Counted from the stretch's first letter, positions 43,480 through 56,596 are shown. The stretch: DNA of 64,000 bases from Mayamaea pseudoterrestris (GCA_027923505.1 BROI01000003.1:744001-808000), one strand, 5' to 3'. Numbers and translations: made by a program. Notes: generated by a model from the sequence alone, not told the origin.

Positions 43480-45345
43480 CTAATGTTTGCTAATCCAAAA
43501 GCACATTCCCCGTTGGCACATGTCGACGGCTTGCACGCGATATTTTTCCTCATCATCAGTCCATCCCATTGTTGATTTCGGATTCATTCTTACGCGCTTT
43601 AGTTTTACTAGTTTGTCTGCCTGCGCAAAACCAGCTTGGAGAGCAAACATAAGGGTCGCCGACGGAGGCAGCTTGGCGACGATATCTGTAATCATTACTT
43701 TCAAAGCAGCAATATCGGTTGCCGTATCACGAAGCCTCAAATGCGCATAGACAAGCCTGGCGCGTCTTGCTTTGCCAATCATGTATGATGATATAGCTTT
43801 GCAATTCGGACCATGAACATCTTCACTGGCTAATGCATGAATCGCACTGGGTTGTGCCGTGACATACTCCTGAATCCAATCAGATGGACCGACACAAACT
43901 ACCGTTCCTTCCGTCTCACACAAGCGATTGACGGGGCGGTTGTTATAAATTCCAAATGAAGGTCCATCGAGAGCACGTCGAACTGCGAGCTGCAATGCGG
44001 CCAGAGCATCTTCCTCGCTGCAGTGATCCGCTGTTTGAATTTGTCTCTTGAGCAGTGTACCAACCAAATGTCGCAACGAATATTTGAAAGAATGACTCTC
44101 CTCGCGAAACAGTATAGATGTATCAATCACTCTGGAATGCATCCAGCGAGCAGCCTGAAAGTCATTCTCAAGCGAGTGGCCGACAATAATATCTTGAGCG
44201 GAAATTGCAGCAAGCAAAGTTGCTTGCACTTGCTCAATGGAGACGCACGCGTCATCCTTGTCGAGCATCTCTGCCGTAATACCGGAATAAGGCGTCAAGT
44301 AATCAAGAACCGTGTTTTTCGGCTTGACAATCTCATCAAAGACAACTTCAGTCTCAGTTGCATCAGCAGAAAACGCTACAATCTTGACCAGTGTGATGCG
44401 CGCAAGCTCCATGCCTACGGTTGTCCGTACCATCTCACAATCCATGGCAAATATTTGCGGATGTGTTGGTAAAGCAGTATCAGTAGCAGGAAACGCAGCG
44501 ACAAACGGAGACAGTTCATCGTTTTCAAGCGGTGAGTGGGCTGCTCGAGCAACAACAGCGAGAGCCTCCGCTTTTGCAATCGACGACGGTCTACAATCGC
44601 CTGTAAACATGAGCAGCATTTTCTCGCGTTTCGTCGCAGCCAGTGCACAAGGAAGACTTGAAGTCATTGGATACTTTTCTTTACGCAACTCCTCCTCCGT
44701 CAAAACCATGGTCGCCATGGTTTGCGCCAAATCTTGCAGCGTCTGAATGTTCCGGTCAGACGCATCTAGTCGCTTTGGCTTTGGGCGTTGCGCATACAGA
44801 AGCTGACTTGACATATATTTGGGTTGATTGCCGGGAAACCAGCGAGTGGGTACTGTGCAGGTTGCGTGATCTTTGGTGCATGAGTCGATGAGTGTTTCAA
44901 TCTGCAGCAAATGCTCGGGCGATTCCAATTCTAACTCCACAACTACGACTTGATCAGAAGCCACAACATTGTGTATACATGCCCAGCTTGGAACTTTAGG
45001 TGCATCTTTTTCCATGGCATCCCTTGTTCGCTTCTTGCTGACGGAATCATTGCTCGATGATGAGCTGTTGCTGCTGCTGTTGCCAAGGAGCCGAAAGAAA
45101 ATGTCTCGATGATCGGATGCTTCCACGATGCGATCACAAAGTGCTCCATGGCGATACCGTATGACAGCGCTTATAAGTTGCTTCTCTATATCGCCCTTTT
45201 TCGCCAAAAGATCCTTCAACTCCTTCCAATCCGACGCTGTCAAAATACCACTGAGCGGCTTATCATTTTCCACGGCATTGGCGCGCTTGAGGAGTTTCTT
45301 GAGGCGTCCCTTTTCAATCTTGGTCAATAATGTTGTCTCTGACAT
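43480..45345 (-). CDS. DEDDh RNA exonuclease (REX1/REXO family)
   Basis: FAMDCEMV, DYLTPYSGIT, VGHSLENDF, IDTS, HCSEEDA. Confidence 0.9.
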   Translation of the reverse strand: MSETTLLTKIEKGRLKKLLKRANAVENDKPLSGILTASDWKELKDLLAKKGDIEKQLISAVIRYRHGALCDRIVEASDHRDIFFRLLGNSSSNSSSSSNDSVSKKRTRDAMEKDAPKVPSWACIHNVVASDQVVVVELELESPEHLLQIETLIDSCTKDHATCTVPTRWFPGNQPKYMSSQLLYAQRPKPKRLDASDRNIQTLQDLAQTMATMVLTEEELRKEKYPMTSSLPCALAATKREKMLLMFTGDCRPSSIAKAEALAVVARAAHSPLENDELSPFVAAFPATDTALPTHPQIFAMDCEMVRTTVGMELARITLVKIVAFSADATETEVVFDEIVKPKNTVLDYLTPYSGITAEMLDKDDACVSIEQVQATLLAAISAQDIIVGHSLENDFQAARWMHSRVIDTSILFREESHSFKYSLRHLVGTLLKRQIQTADHCSEEDALAALQLAVRRALDGPSFGIYNNRPVNRLCETEGTVVCVGPSDWIQEYVTAQPSAIHALASEDVHGPNCKAISSYMIGKARRARLVYAHLRLRDTATDIAALKVMITDIVAKLPPSATLMFALQAGFAQADKLVKLKRVRMNPKSTMGWTDDEEKYRVQAVDMCQRGMCFWISKH

Positions 45346-45574
45346 GCTTGTGATGGTCCATACACGAGAGCAAGCTGGCTGCAGCTACAGAATAGAGTGT
45401 ATGAAGCGATTGTTGGTACCTATCGCACCAAAGTTTTTGGTGGTGAAGAGCGAAACACAAAGCGGGACTTAAAAGTAGTCCGAACGGTTTTAAAACGCCC
45501 TTACGTGCTTTCGCTTGCCGTGTCGACCATGGCGACACTTGCGCGCCTCACAAGACTCGCTTCCGCAGTTCAAC

Positions 45575-46567
45575 ATGTCATATGCAAGCATCGGAAGAAA
45601 CAGGGACAAGTCGACTAGCCAGTCCATGTCTAATCATCATGACACAGATGACACTGACAGTGACGACATTGTTAGCATTCGATCAGGGCTCTCGCGAAAG
45701 AGTCAGCTCCCAATTGAGCTGTCCGAGCCGTTAACTAACGGCGACAGCCAGAGCCAGAATGATCCCTTTTACGTCTTTCGAAGCGATTTGTATCGAAACT
45801 TGGATTCCGTTGACGAAAGTTTGGCTGAGTATCTTCGAGTCGTCCATCAAACTGTACGTTTTATTCATTGTCGCAGCAAATGAGCTCGTTTTTATTAGCA
45901 CTTATCATTTCTTCTCAAATCACTACAGGACACGGCTGTGAACACACATCAACTCAAAGAATCAAAGAAGCAACTAAAAAGAAACGTTAAAAATGCCGAG
46001 GCTACACTCAAGGACGTTCACATGGCTGTCAATCTGGTAGAAAATGACCGAGACAAGTTTCAACATATTTCAGACCAAGAGTTATACGAACGACGAAGCT
46101 TTGTGCAGACAAGTCGGGATCGCTTGACAAGAGCCAAGCAAGACATTCAGTCAGAAGCAGTCAAAGCCAAACTATTGGCGGACGAACGCGCCAAGGCAAT
46201 CCGACGAGCCGGAGCAGATCGGTTTGGCGCCAGTAATGCGACGCAGCAGGAAACTACAGATGCCATTATTGACTCGCAGGCGCGAACTTCGTTATTGATG
46301 GAGCACCAAGACGAGACATTGGACGTGCTGGATGAAGCTGTAGGTCGAGTGCATCAAATGGCCGGAGTTATACACGAGGAGATTGGTCAACAGAACAAAA
46401 TGTTGACGGAAATGGAGGAAGACTTGACCAACGTCGAGGAAGAACTTGGATTAGTAATGGGAAAGTTGGCAAGGTTCCTCAAGACAAAGGACACGTGGCA
46501 GCTAAAGACGATACTCATTCTGAGTGTCATTATGATTGTGCTGCTCATGCTGGTCTTGTATTCATAG
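45575..46567 (+). CDS. Syntaxin-6/Tlg1-like Qc-SNARE
   Basis: DPFYV N-terminal motif, SNARE coil (QDETLDVLDEAV...EIGQQNKML), C-terminal TM; intron 45854-45928. Start is 45575 or 45626. Confidence 0.88.
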
Positions 46568-46667
46568 CCTGGCGTCTTGAAACGCTCCACTTACTGTAAG
46601 TGCTCCATAGCGCAGCATTTTATAAAAACACAAGTTACGACACGTTGAAAGTTGTTTCTATATATAT

Positions 46668-47792
46668 TTAATCTTTGGCGACGATGGTTGACGCTCGAAG
46701 TGTGTTTCTCTGAACTTTAAACGGTGCCTTGCAATTGGGGCACTTGCATTGCGCAAGATCGGTAAAGCCATCGACACCAAGAATATCTCCGAAATATACT
46801 CTGTTTTCGTAGCTGCAATTTGGGCAAGCTCCATATGCAACCAGCTTGTTGGTAAAGACAAGTTCTTCGGTCACAAACTTGGATCCTGAGTAGATGAATG
46901 GCAGACCGACAAGCGAAAGGAAGACTGGGTTCAGTTTAATCAACGAGCCAACCACTTCGTAGCCAAGACCCAACCATGCGATGAAAAGAAGACTAGCCGC
47001 CGGCAAGTACAGCAAATTATTTCGGAACTTGTCCTCGAGAAAGGTGACCTTGCATATTCCAGTGTCAATGTAACACTTGGGGTCCGTTTGTACCGCAAAT
47101 CGTGAGCCTTCGTCCATGAGTTCTCGCTTCAATTGATCGAACTCCTTGTCCGATATAGTTGGCTTGCCTTTAAGATAGTCCTGCACGGCGCTAAGGTATT
47201 GGGCTTCCTTACGGTTCATAATGACCATTGGCGATCCACTCCACGACAAGTCTTCCTTGAGCAAATCAAACTCTTCGTCACTGAGAAGCTTGCGTCCGCT
47301 GGAGTAGTAGGACTACCGTAGTTATGAAGAGTACGGCAATGTTTGTCAGACCTTGAGCTTTGAAAAGCGACATAGGTTGAAGCGCGACTAAATGATTTCC
47401 TAGGGATACAACGATCACAGTTTCAGCAAGCACAGCTAGTAGACGATACAACTCACCTGCAGTGCATCCATAAAGATGCGTTCCTTCTCCTCCGTTGTCA
47501 GACGAATCAACTTTCCAGTGCCCTTGTCGGTGATACAAAACTCCTCATCAGGAATGCATTCAGTTTCATCAAGGCCAGTTTCAAAGAAGCGACCCGACGC
47601 TTCATCGTAGGCAATCTCCTTGCGTCCACTTTTAATCAGTGGTGTTGAGTCGTCATCGGATGCCGCCATGAATCGACTCGTTGGTGACCGATTTGATATT
47701 CTCACTGTGGATCGACTGCTCGGATGTATCGAAAAGGCCGATGCAATGGATGGAACGAGCAAGGCGACTGGGAGTTGTAATGATATCTTCAT
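46668..47792 (-). CDS. PGRL1: PGR5-like protein 1
   Basis: Exons 47792-47457 and 47312-46668. ASA-F presequence; EKERIFMDALQSYY..LSDEEFDLLKEDL; CPNC and CKCPNC. Confidence 0.9.
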
Positions 47793-48113
47793 GGTGTGTC
47801 GATCAGTTGTTTACTTCGAGTCAATCGGCGTAATTTTTCAGTTCTTTGAGCGATTAGATTGAGGCCTCAATCTTAGGCTCCTCGATGATGCTGATGATGG
47901 TAGACTCGTGTTGAGCTCACTCTCGCACACTCTTCATCCTCGCTTGTTCCTTGGTTGACCTTGCGAGGATCGGAGGTGACGTACGATTATCTCCCGTCAT
48001 AGTGGTACTAGATGACGTCGTGAACACGTTTCATGCCTCCGGGTTGATTTCTGCGAAACCGCCCAAGATCATCGGCGCGCCTCGGAAGAGCTTGGATTAG
48101 ATTCGGCATCAGC

Positions 48114-50440
48114 ATGACCATGGCGTCAATCACTGAAGCGCCGGAGGCCCTCTTGCGCAAGGACTCGATCGTAGATGACTGCACTAAACGATTAGTTGTG
48201 GTAGTGGACCCGGAGAGTCATGTAAGTATTTTTCGACGTGAGAACCGCGACGTAGGGAATGGTGTCATCTCGCTGCGCTGGTTTTAGATTCTGATGGCTT
48301 ATATCGCCGATGGAAACAATGAGTTTCATTTACAGTTAATGTATGCTACTATGGCTCAGAAAAATAGAGGTGAATTTTGGTCTACATATAATTCTCACCG
48401 AGTTTTGATCCTGTTCTTCTATCAATTAAAGAACGGCAATGTTGAATACAAGCGACAAGTTTCGGCATCCAACCCCAGCCGGTTACGGACCTTAACAACG
48501 CAAATGTCATTTCGTATGGACGAGGGCCATGGCAGATGTATTTATCGAATAGGCGTTGAAGACAATGGGTGTCATTCGCTGCTGAGCTACGACCAAGTGG
48601 CGGAATCTGCTCGCATTTTGGAGTACTTGGCACGATCCCTCAATGCCATTGTCGTCGAACGCAAAATGATTCAAAACGAGGTCATGTGGAATGCTGCGAC
48701 TGGTGAACCAGAGCGATGTACTGCCGATGCCATTGCTGTCGATGAGGCACCGATATTAGGTGACGCGATGGGAAATCCAGTCGATATTATTTCGGAAAGT
48801 AAGGAGGACGGCCATGTACTTAATAAAGAAGAAGGTATTTATACTCGGGCAGAGCTGACAATCCACAGGATAGAGACGCATTTATTAGACCCGTCACCAA
48901 TGCAATTAAAGAGTAAGAGCAGTCATTCCGACGCTGCGAAGAGTGACAAGCCGGTGGAACACAAGGAAGAGGAGAAGGTTGCTCCTGCGTCGGAGGAAAA
49001 GTTTAGCGTCTCGGAAACCATGTCAGCTCGTAACATTCGAATTGCAGTTGTTGGAAATGTCGACGCCGGAAAAAGTACGCTGATTGGAACATTGACGACA
49101 AGCTGCTTGGATGATGGCCGCGGCAAGAGTCGCACTGCAATTATGAAGCATCGTCATGAGATTGAAAGTGGACGAACATCAACAGCGACGACGCATTTGA
49201 TGGGCTTTCGGTCGTCGGGACAGCCTATTGCCGGTCGTGACCAGATTCGTGCCAATAAGCGCAAGGGAGAGGACGAGATTGCTCGCGAATCGTATCGTGT
49301 CATTACCTTGATGGACTTGGCGGGGCACGAAAAGTATTTGAAAACCACGTAAGTATAGGTGTACGATTGTTGACGAATACGAATTGCATTTATCTACATT
49401 ATTTACTCAAACCTTTTTGCTTCAGAATTCACGGAGTTTCTTCTGGCTTTTCAGATTATGCACTTATCCTCGTCAATGCACGACAGCCACCTACACACAT
49501 GACGGCGCACCACTTGAATCTTTGTTGTAGCTTTGGAATTCCGGTGCTTGTCATTTTTACCAAGGTGGATGGCTGCCCAGAACATGCGTTTCAGTCTTGC
49601 AAGCAGGACGTGATGAAGATGCTACGATCTCCCGAAGTGGCAAGGAAGCCTTTCATGATTCGTAACGACAATGACATCGAGACAGTCATGGACAAGCTGC
49701 ACACGTTGGCGCCCATGATTGAAACCTCGTGCGTGTCGGGTGCTGGCATTGATTTGTTGCAGAAGATGTTGTTTGCCTTGCCGAAGCGCCGTAAGCATGA
49801 GAACAAGTTGAATCGCGATTTTGAGTTCTTGGTTGAGGACATTTTCAACGTTCCTGGTGTGGGAGCAGTTGTTTCTGGCTTTGTCAACGCCGGAGAGCTT
49901 ACCGTTGGTGGAAGTTGTCATGTGCTGGTTGGCCCGACGGACGACGGGACTTTTGTCAAGACGGTGGCCAAGTCTGCTCACATTGCTAGGATCAACACGT
50001 CTCACGTAACAGCCGGTCAGTCGGCATGCCTCGCACTCTCGATGAACAAGGACATGCGTAAGAAGCTTCGCCGGGGTATGGTCGTCGTCAAGACAAATCC
50101 GACGTCGACTCTTCAGTTTGATGCGGAGATTTGCGTGTTAAAGGGAGACTCGACAACGATTCGACGATCCTACCAAGCATTTGTTCACATTCTCAACGTT
50201 CGTCAGAGTGCGTTTGCCCGTGAAATTGAAATTGTCAACCACTTTGCGACTGGAGCGCCACACGCGTACAAGGATTTAGAGGAGGAAGGCTGCATTGTTT
50301 TGCGCCCTGGCAGTCGTGCTAAGGTACGCTTTGAGTTTGCTAAGCGTCCCGAGTATATTCGAGCGGGAATGCGCATGCTGTTTCGGGATGGCCGAGTGCG
50401 TGGCGTTGGTATCGTTACTGGCATTCCGACGACTGATTAA
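48114..50440 (+). CDS. GTP-binding protein GTPBP1/2 family (translational GTPase)
   Basis: Exons 48114-48221, 48432-49348, 49426-50440. NVEYK, GNVDAGKST, HRHEIESGRTS, DLAGHEKY, TKVD. Confidence 0.9.
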
Positions 50441-51071
50441 GGTGTTGGCGTCTGTTGAGAGGAATGGTGAATTAGATTAGTGATTGTTAGGACACAACTG
50501 TATGCATTGCCGGGTCTATGACTACAGTACTGTATGTACTTGCGATAGCTAAAATCGTCCACAATGCACGATCGACGCGACGCACTTGTACGTCATTCGA
50601 TTCCGCAGGCAATACTACGATTTACGTCATCGGAAACTATTGCACTTGAATGACGCACTATGAAAAAATAAGTACTCGAAAGGTGCGTCTTACTCCTAGC
50701 GTCTTGTTGAACCGCGATCTTGAAGCAGATGTCCGCACCAATCACGAAATCTTGATCTCAACTTTCCATTTTGACGCACGCGGAGGAGTTGCTCGGTCAG
50801 ACGAAAAAAGGCGACGACGATTCTTGCCGACGATGAGCTGTCCGCAAGTTCCACCCATCACCGCGCTGAATAAGCCTTGCCATCCGATTGCTGTTCCAGA
50901 TCATTAGTTGTAAACGGGAACCGGTCACCCTTTTCGTCGTCTCATACGTTGAACTCGCAGCAGCGCTGCCCTCGCACAAGAATCATCTATTCCCTTGACC
51001 AAACCTCCTACAGAATCCAATCGAACTGAATTCTTTTAACGGATCCACTTAAGAAAGCATTCTGAAATAAA

Positions 51072-52004
51072 ATGTGCCGACGATTACAAGCAAGATTTCT
51101 CCTTGGCTTGTTGCTGAGCCAAACATGTACCGCCTTTCAAATACATCGCACTGCTACTTCACATCGCCATCGAATACATCATGCATCAGATACAAGTCTT
51201 CACGCTAGCACAATGTTCCCCGGTGGCGGAATGTTCCCTGGAAGCAACAGAGAAGGTAGCAGTCCCTTTGATGTTTCATCGGGTCTCATTGCCCAGCTTG
51301 CAGTTATGGCGTTGAAGCTTCGACTTGCTCGTCAGACGGATGTTTCCTGCGACGTGATTTCCAATCCATTTGACTTGATGCGCGGCCGCGTGGGCCCCGT
51401 TACGGTCAGCGGTCAAGGTTGGGCGAGCGCCAAGGGCTTGACCTGTAGGTCCCTCGAGGCGCAGGTTGAGTCATGCGAACTCGATGTCCAAAAGGTGTTT
51501 ACTGACCAGAAACTTCGACTCACCGTGCCAGCCGAAGGCAAGGCTGTCATCACATTGAACGCTCAAGACTTTAGCAACTTTATCACTCATCCGCTCATGG
51601 CGCCACCCAAGGCCAAGGGCGATGAACAACAAGACGGTGCCATCACTTTTATCAAGGAAGGCACACGCATAGAACCATCCAACGGTGGATCTGTTCATTT
51701 TCACTCGGACTATAACGGCCAACGATGGAAGTGTATGCTCAAGGGCACTGACAAGAATGGCCAACGTGCAAGCATTGGAGTTGCGCCGCTCGACAAGCCA
51801 CTTGACGACTCTTGGAAGCCAGCGGCCCGGCTGCTCAGTCAATCCTTGTCGGAGTTCTTCAACAAAATGGTTTTTGAGCTGGATGGAACCTACCTTTCCT
51901 TTCGAGACATGTCCGTTGCGACCGACGTTGCATCGGATCCCAGCGTAACCCTCTTTCTCGACATTCGAGTAAAGAAATTTCCCTCCAAGGGACTCGACTT
52001 TTAA
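51072..52004 (+). CDS. Hypothetical plastid-targeted protein (possibly LmeA/DUF2993-like)
   Basis: Signal CTA-F. The pattern LMRGRVGPVTVSG...GLTCRSL...ITLNAQDF resembles DUF2993; the assignment is uncertain. Confidence 0.6.
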   Translation: MCRRLQARFLLGLLLSQTCTAFQIHRTATSHRHRIHHASDTSLHASTMFPGGGMFPGSNREGSSPFDVSSGLIAQLAVMALKLRLARQTDVSCDVISNPFDLMRGRVGPVTVSGQGWASAKGLTCRSLEAQVESCELDVQKVFTDQKLRLTVPAEGKAVITLNAQDFSNFITHPLMAPPKAKGDEQQDGAITFIKEGTRIEPSNGGSVHFHSDYNGQRWKCMLKGTDKNGQRASIGVAPLDKPLDDSWKPAARLLSQSLSEFFNKMVFELDGTYLSFRDMSVATDVASDPSVTLFLDIRVKKFPSKGLDF

Positions 52005-52205
52005 ACCATTCGCTACGTGCACCCGACCCGAGCGGAACTTGCACTTGCATAGACAGCATGGACCATAGACTTTTAACTGTATATATAAAACGCTACAGTA
52101 TGCTTTTACGAACAAGATAGAGTAACAAGTACAATTGTACGAGTGCAGCTTGTGTCTCGTTATACAGGATGGTTTTCAATAACCTCCATCGTACCAAAAT
52201 ACAAA

Positions 52206-53222
52206 CTACCCTCCAAGCTTTCGCCCCTTCATCTTGGCAGCCGCCTTGACAGCCTTTTTGACGGCATCCTGCTTTAACTTTGCGTCCGGATCCATGCGCC
52301 GCTTCAGCCACTCCGGCGCCTGCAACCAGTCTTCACCTCCACTTGTTCTGTGCCAAACGAACTTGTGAAAGTGGTAAAAATGTCCCGACAATATTCCCAA
52401 AACGTGTGGAAGCGCCGCCATTGGATTTCCCTGCGACTGCAAAACATCGGACACCATCAGCCCATACGGAAGGCTCCAGTAAGGAACATCAAAAATGATC
52501 CACTTTACTTTCTGATGCGGCGTCGCCCGACTAAGTACGTGTAGCATGCTTGTAATCATGGATTGTGCAAAGAATGGTTGACCCGTCAGTACGCTCAATG
52601 CACTGAGCATGGCAACTTGCGAAAGTAGAAATACCAACTGCTGCGCCGATCCATAGGCTCGTTCCAAAGTTGATCCATACTGAAACAAGTAGTAGGCATT
52701 CATGAGCCATCCCAATGAAACTGGTCCAAGAAATGTTGCTGCAGTGAATGGGCGCCATAGTTCGAGTCCATATGTGACTCGCATCGGATCGAGTGCCAGG
52801 AAGCCTTGCGCCAATTCGTCTCCAAGAATGACACCGAGTAGACTCACTAATCCAACAAGCGTAATATATAGACGCGTCATGGGTAGAATCTTTTTGTATT
52901 TCTGTAGTCCTCCAGAAATCGCGGATGGTTTCTCCTGCGCTTGCTTGGCAGCTTGCACCTTTGGTTTGCCAGTGGCTGACTTTGCCGTCGAGTGTATGGA
53001 ACCAGTGCGAGACTTTTTGTTGCGCGAGGCTCCTCCTCTTACATTTAATATGATATTCTTCTGCTTTTGTTGTTGTAATGGTATTGAAGCAAACTCATGG
53101 TTCCGTTGCGAATGTATTGCTCGAGCTTCTACCGTACAAGGTGCTGTCGACAATGTGACGAGTGTGATGGCAACGCATGCGCAAATGTTCATTAGCGAGG
53201 AAACTCTTCGTCGTCGATCCAT
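52206..53222 (-). CDS. Derlin, probably symbiont-derived (SELMA, periplastid membrane)
   Basis: ELWRPFTA, YGSTLE, HVLGILSGHFY; N-terminal signal plus basic transit-like region without +1 Phe. Confidence 0.85.
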   Translation of the reverse strand: MDRRRRVSSLMNICACVAITLVTLSTAPCTVEARAIHSQRNHEFASIPLQQQKQKNIILNVRGGASRNKKSRTGSIHSTAKSATGKPKVQAAKQAQEKPSAISGGLQKYKKILPMTRLYITLVGLVSLLGVILGDELAQGFLALDPMRVTYGLELWRPFTAATFLGPVSLGWLMNAYYLFQYGSTLERAYGSAQQLVFLLSQVAMLSALSVLTGQPFFAQSMITSMLHVLSRATPHQKVKWIIFDVPYWSLPYGLMVSDVLQSQGNPMAALPHVLGILSGHFYHFHKFVWHRTSGGEDWLQAPEWLKRRMDPDAKLKQDAVKKAVKAAAKMKGRKLGG

Positions 53223-53566
53223 TATAGTCAATTACAAGCAGCCAGAGTTTCTCTATCGCCTACTGCTGGAACCAAACTTGAGCTGAACTCTTGAACTACA
53301 CTGCTTGTCGGATGACGATGGGGCAGCCATCATCGTGCGTTTCCGTGCATCGAACATCCACCAACCATCCACGTGACAGTTTCTTTCAAGAACCGGTCAG
53401 ACAAGCGTCACATATCCGGGTTCGTTTGATTGACGGTAGGATCTTCATCACGCGTGGAGGATCTTTCGTTGGTTTGCTTTTCGTCATCACTCATCACGCT
53501 GCGCCCTCCTTATTCTCTTACTATTCAACTCCTTTCGCTCGTATAGTACTGTACTCATTGACAATC

Positions 53567-54537
53567 ATGATTCGATCCCTTGACTTGCTTTTTCTACTTG
53601 TCCCGTCGATCTCGGCCTTTACAAGCATTACCAGCAGTTCCGGTTGCCGTCGAGGACTATCCTCCTTGGCCCAGCAGCAGGAGCAACCCCAGCGAAGCTC
53701 TACTAGCTTGGAAGCGACCGTTGCCGTCTTTGGAGCATCTGGACTCACGGCGCAGGAATGCGTCTACCAGGCGTTGCAGGATGGACACGACGTCATTGGC
53801 TTGACTCGTAACCCTTCCAACGTTGTCATTCCGCAAGGGTCAGGAGGATCTCAAGCGGGTCAACCATTGATTAACGACAAGCTCAAAGTAATCGCCGGCG
53901 ATGTCACAAAACAGTCAGACGTTGACAAGGTCTTTAACAGTGGATCCAAAATTGATGGAGTCATTGTTGCTTTGGGCGGAAAGACGAGTGACGTTGGAGA
54001 CACCATGCTGCGAGAAGGAACGGCCAATATCGTCAAGGCCATGAAGGATTCGAATGTCAAGCGACTGGCTGTTGTGACGAGCATTGGGGCTGGAGATAGC
54101 GAGTCGCAGGCGCCGTTCTTCTTCAAGGTTCTCATGTGGACGGCCATGAAGAAGATTTTTGTTGGTAAGTATGTAGGCGTCGAAGAGGATGAATCAAACC
54201 TGCGTCATGACTTCACGTTCTCATACACCTTTACACACCGGTATTCGCTACAGACAAGAACGCTCAAGAAGACGTGGTCCGAAAGAGCGGACTTGAATAC
54301 TGCATTGTTCGACCAGGCGGCCTTACGGTGGAGCCTCCGACGGGCGTTATCAATGTCATTAAAGGAGAGGCCGGAAGCATTGCGCGGGCTGATGTTGCAC
54401 AGTTTTGCCTAGACGCCGTACTTGTACCTTCTGCTGAATTTCCATACATTGGTCAGGCTCCATGCATTAGCTCGGTTGGTGGAACCTCTTGGGTAAAGGA
54501 TCGATCGGCCAAGGCGCGGGGCGGAGTGGAAAATTAA
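53567..54537 (+). CDS. NAD(P)-binding Rossmann protein (flavin/biliverdin reductase-like), plastid-targeted
   Basis: ISA-F presequence, VAVFGASGLT, GDV, IVRPGGL; intron 54165-54253. Confidence 0.85.
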
Positions 54538-54687
54538 GAAGTGATGAATTTTGTCGCAAGCACAAAATGTCCCAAGCTACGAACAACAGGCATTACATGC
54601 TATGAGAAGGTAAAGAGCAGATAAATATAAAGATTGGATAATATAGAAGCTAGCCAAAAGACAATTTAATTCAAAATTCAGTCACGA

Positions 54688-56460
54688 CTAGTCCTCCACC
54701 GCCACCGCTTCCACGTTGAACCGCACCGTCTTGGGACGGATCCAAGCCTTCGAGTTGCTCCATAAAAGGGTGCACGACCTTTGAATAGCAAAGGCATTCT
54801 CCGTCTCACCAGCGGCTCCACCAATGACTAATCGATCCTTGACCAAATAGTCAGCATTCTTCTGCTTTTGCTTTGTCTCGCACTTTGACTTTAAAATGCT
54901 AAAGTCTATCTGCACATCGTCCTGAACCAGATCAAATCTCCATCGTAGAATCACACGCTCCGAAAGCTTGACAGATTTCACATCCTCCGCGGAAAGCTCC
55001 ACGACGGTGCAAGTAGAGTCACCGGCGCCAACCACCAAGGAACCTGGCTTGGAAAACAGAATGCGCTCGACAGAATTCTCCAGTGCTGTACTCTTTGGTT
55101 GATTGCTGCTGCTCTGCAATGTGCGTAGCTGTGTCTCCAACAATCGCACACGCTCCTGCGCTAAGCTCTTGGCTTCATTTGCAGCCAGCGCCCACTCGTT
55201 CAAAGCTGCAACCTGCGCTTCTAATTCCATAACATGTTGACGATCCGACTTGGCATGCTGTATCCGCTCCTGCTCATGTTCGGCGCGCGCCTTGGCGGAT
55301 CGACTCGCCTTAGTCACCAAATCTAGTTCAAGTTGCATCTCCTCCAGACTCGCCGTCTTGTCGTGCAAGGCTCGCATCGCTTGTTCGGCTTCCATGACGG
55401 CCATGCGCTTCTCGAGTTGCAAGTGCTGAACTTGTCGCTGCAACTCCTCTCGCTCTCTCTGAAACTGCTGACCAGCCTGTTCAAGTGCATTGGATCGTTG
55501 CACTAGATTGGAATTCAGTGACTCAAGCTTGTCTATGCGTGCCTTGGCATCCTGGACTTCCTGCATTAAGAGGGCGTCCATGAAATTGTGGTTCGCATCC
55601 TTGCTGCTATCGGCATACTGAGGCGGAGCCGTGTCCTGTCCTCCCGATTGATGCGTCGAGGAAACATTGGACTGATTAACACTGAGCAGCGCTCGATCAA
55701 AGTTTGTCTCAAAATCGGCCAGCAACTCCATGTGAGTCGGACGATTGGCAAGCTTGTCAATCTTTGTTTGGAGTCGTTGGACTTCACGTAAAGCATGATC
55801 GAGACGTTTTTGTGTCACGTCTAATTCCACTTTAGCTTCCCTTTGCGCCTTGGCGGAGCGACCCAAAAGTGATTTGATCTTGCCTACCTTGTCCTTGAGA
55901 CCGTCGTAATCCTTAATGAGAAGCGAGAGTCGCTTAGCATCCATCTTGTCTAGCTTGTTAGACTGAGAGAGTGCAAGAAGCTGGTCTCGAATAAGATCCA
56001 GCTGCGTGTTTCCTGAAGCTGGCGATGCCATCGCCTGTGGTGTTGGAGGTGCCTTGATGGTGATGGGTGTCATCGATGGAGTTGGAGCTAAAGCTGATGG
56101 CACAGGAACAGACTCCTCATCAGCCGAGAGTTTTGAATCGTCACCTATAGCATTCTTATCAGGCGACTGCACTGTATCTGACGACTGATATAACGGCGGA
56201 ACGTCTGCGGTCTCACTGATTGCCTCTTTATCTTCTGCTGGTGTCATCGTCTCTTCCTCCTCTGTCGCTTCTTCTGCGTCTTCGACATCGTCGTCTCGGT
56301 AGGCAGGTGCTGGTAGAGGTGATGACACTACTGCTTCTTCTGCGTCGTCGACGCGACTAGCCGCTTCCTTTATACTTTCTTGTTCGATAGGCAAGTCCTC
56401 TGCTACATCCACTGGCGCATCAGAAACCTCATTGACCGTATCGTCTTCCTCCAAAGTCAT
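54688..56460 (-). CDS. Coiled-coil protein with C-terminal GOLD-like domain
   Basis: Acidic N-terminus, long heptad region, LRWRF...IDFSI...LLWSNSKAWIRPKTVRF. Confidence 0.8.
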   Translation of the reverse strand: MTLEEDDTVNEVSDAPVDVAEDLPIEQESIKEAASRVDDAEEAVVSSPLPAPAYRDDDVEDAEEATEEEETMTPAEDKEAISETADVPPLYQSSDTVQSPDKNAIGDDSKLSADEESVPVPSALAPTPSMTPITIKAPPTPQAMASPASGNTQLDLIRDQLLALSQSNKLDKMDAKRLSLLIKDYDGLKDKVGKIKSLLGRSAKAQREAKVELDVTQKRLDHALREVQRLQTKIDKLANRPTHMELLADFETNFDRALLSVNQSNVSSTHQSGGQDTAPPQYADSSKDANHNFMDALLMQEVQDAKARIDKLESLNSNLVQRSNALEQAGQQFQREREELQRQVQHLQLEKRMAVMEAEQAMRALHDKTASLEEMQLELDLVTKASRSAKARAEHEQERIQHAKSDRQHVMELEAQVAALNEWALAANEAKSLAQERVRLLETQLRTLQSSSNQPKSTALENSVERILFSKPGSLVVGAGDSTCTVVELSAEDVKSVKLSERVILRWRFDLVQDDVQIDFSILKSKCETKQKQKNADYLVKDRLVIGGAAGETENAFAIQRSCTLLWSNSKAWIRPKTVRFNVEAVAVED

Positions 56461-56596
56461 GGCTGTTTTGTGTGTGACGGGTGGAAAATGTCTTCATGGT
56501 GGCGCGACGGCGCGGCAAAACGACAGCTAAGGCTGTAACCGATGCGACAACGACACAAAATCTTGCGACGACGCGTTCATAATCCATCCGTCGACC

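Noticed and set aside
47970..48025. TGACGT (bZIP/aureochrome-type) motifs in the PGRL1/GTPBP intergenic region and elsewhere
   Set aside because: A 6-mer is expected often by chance; enrichment cannot be shown without computation.
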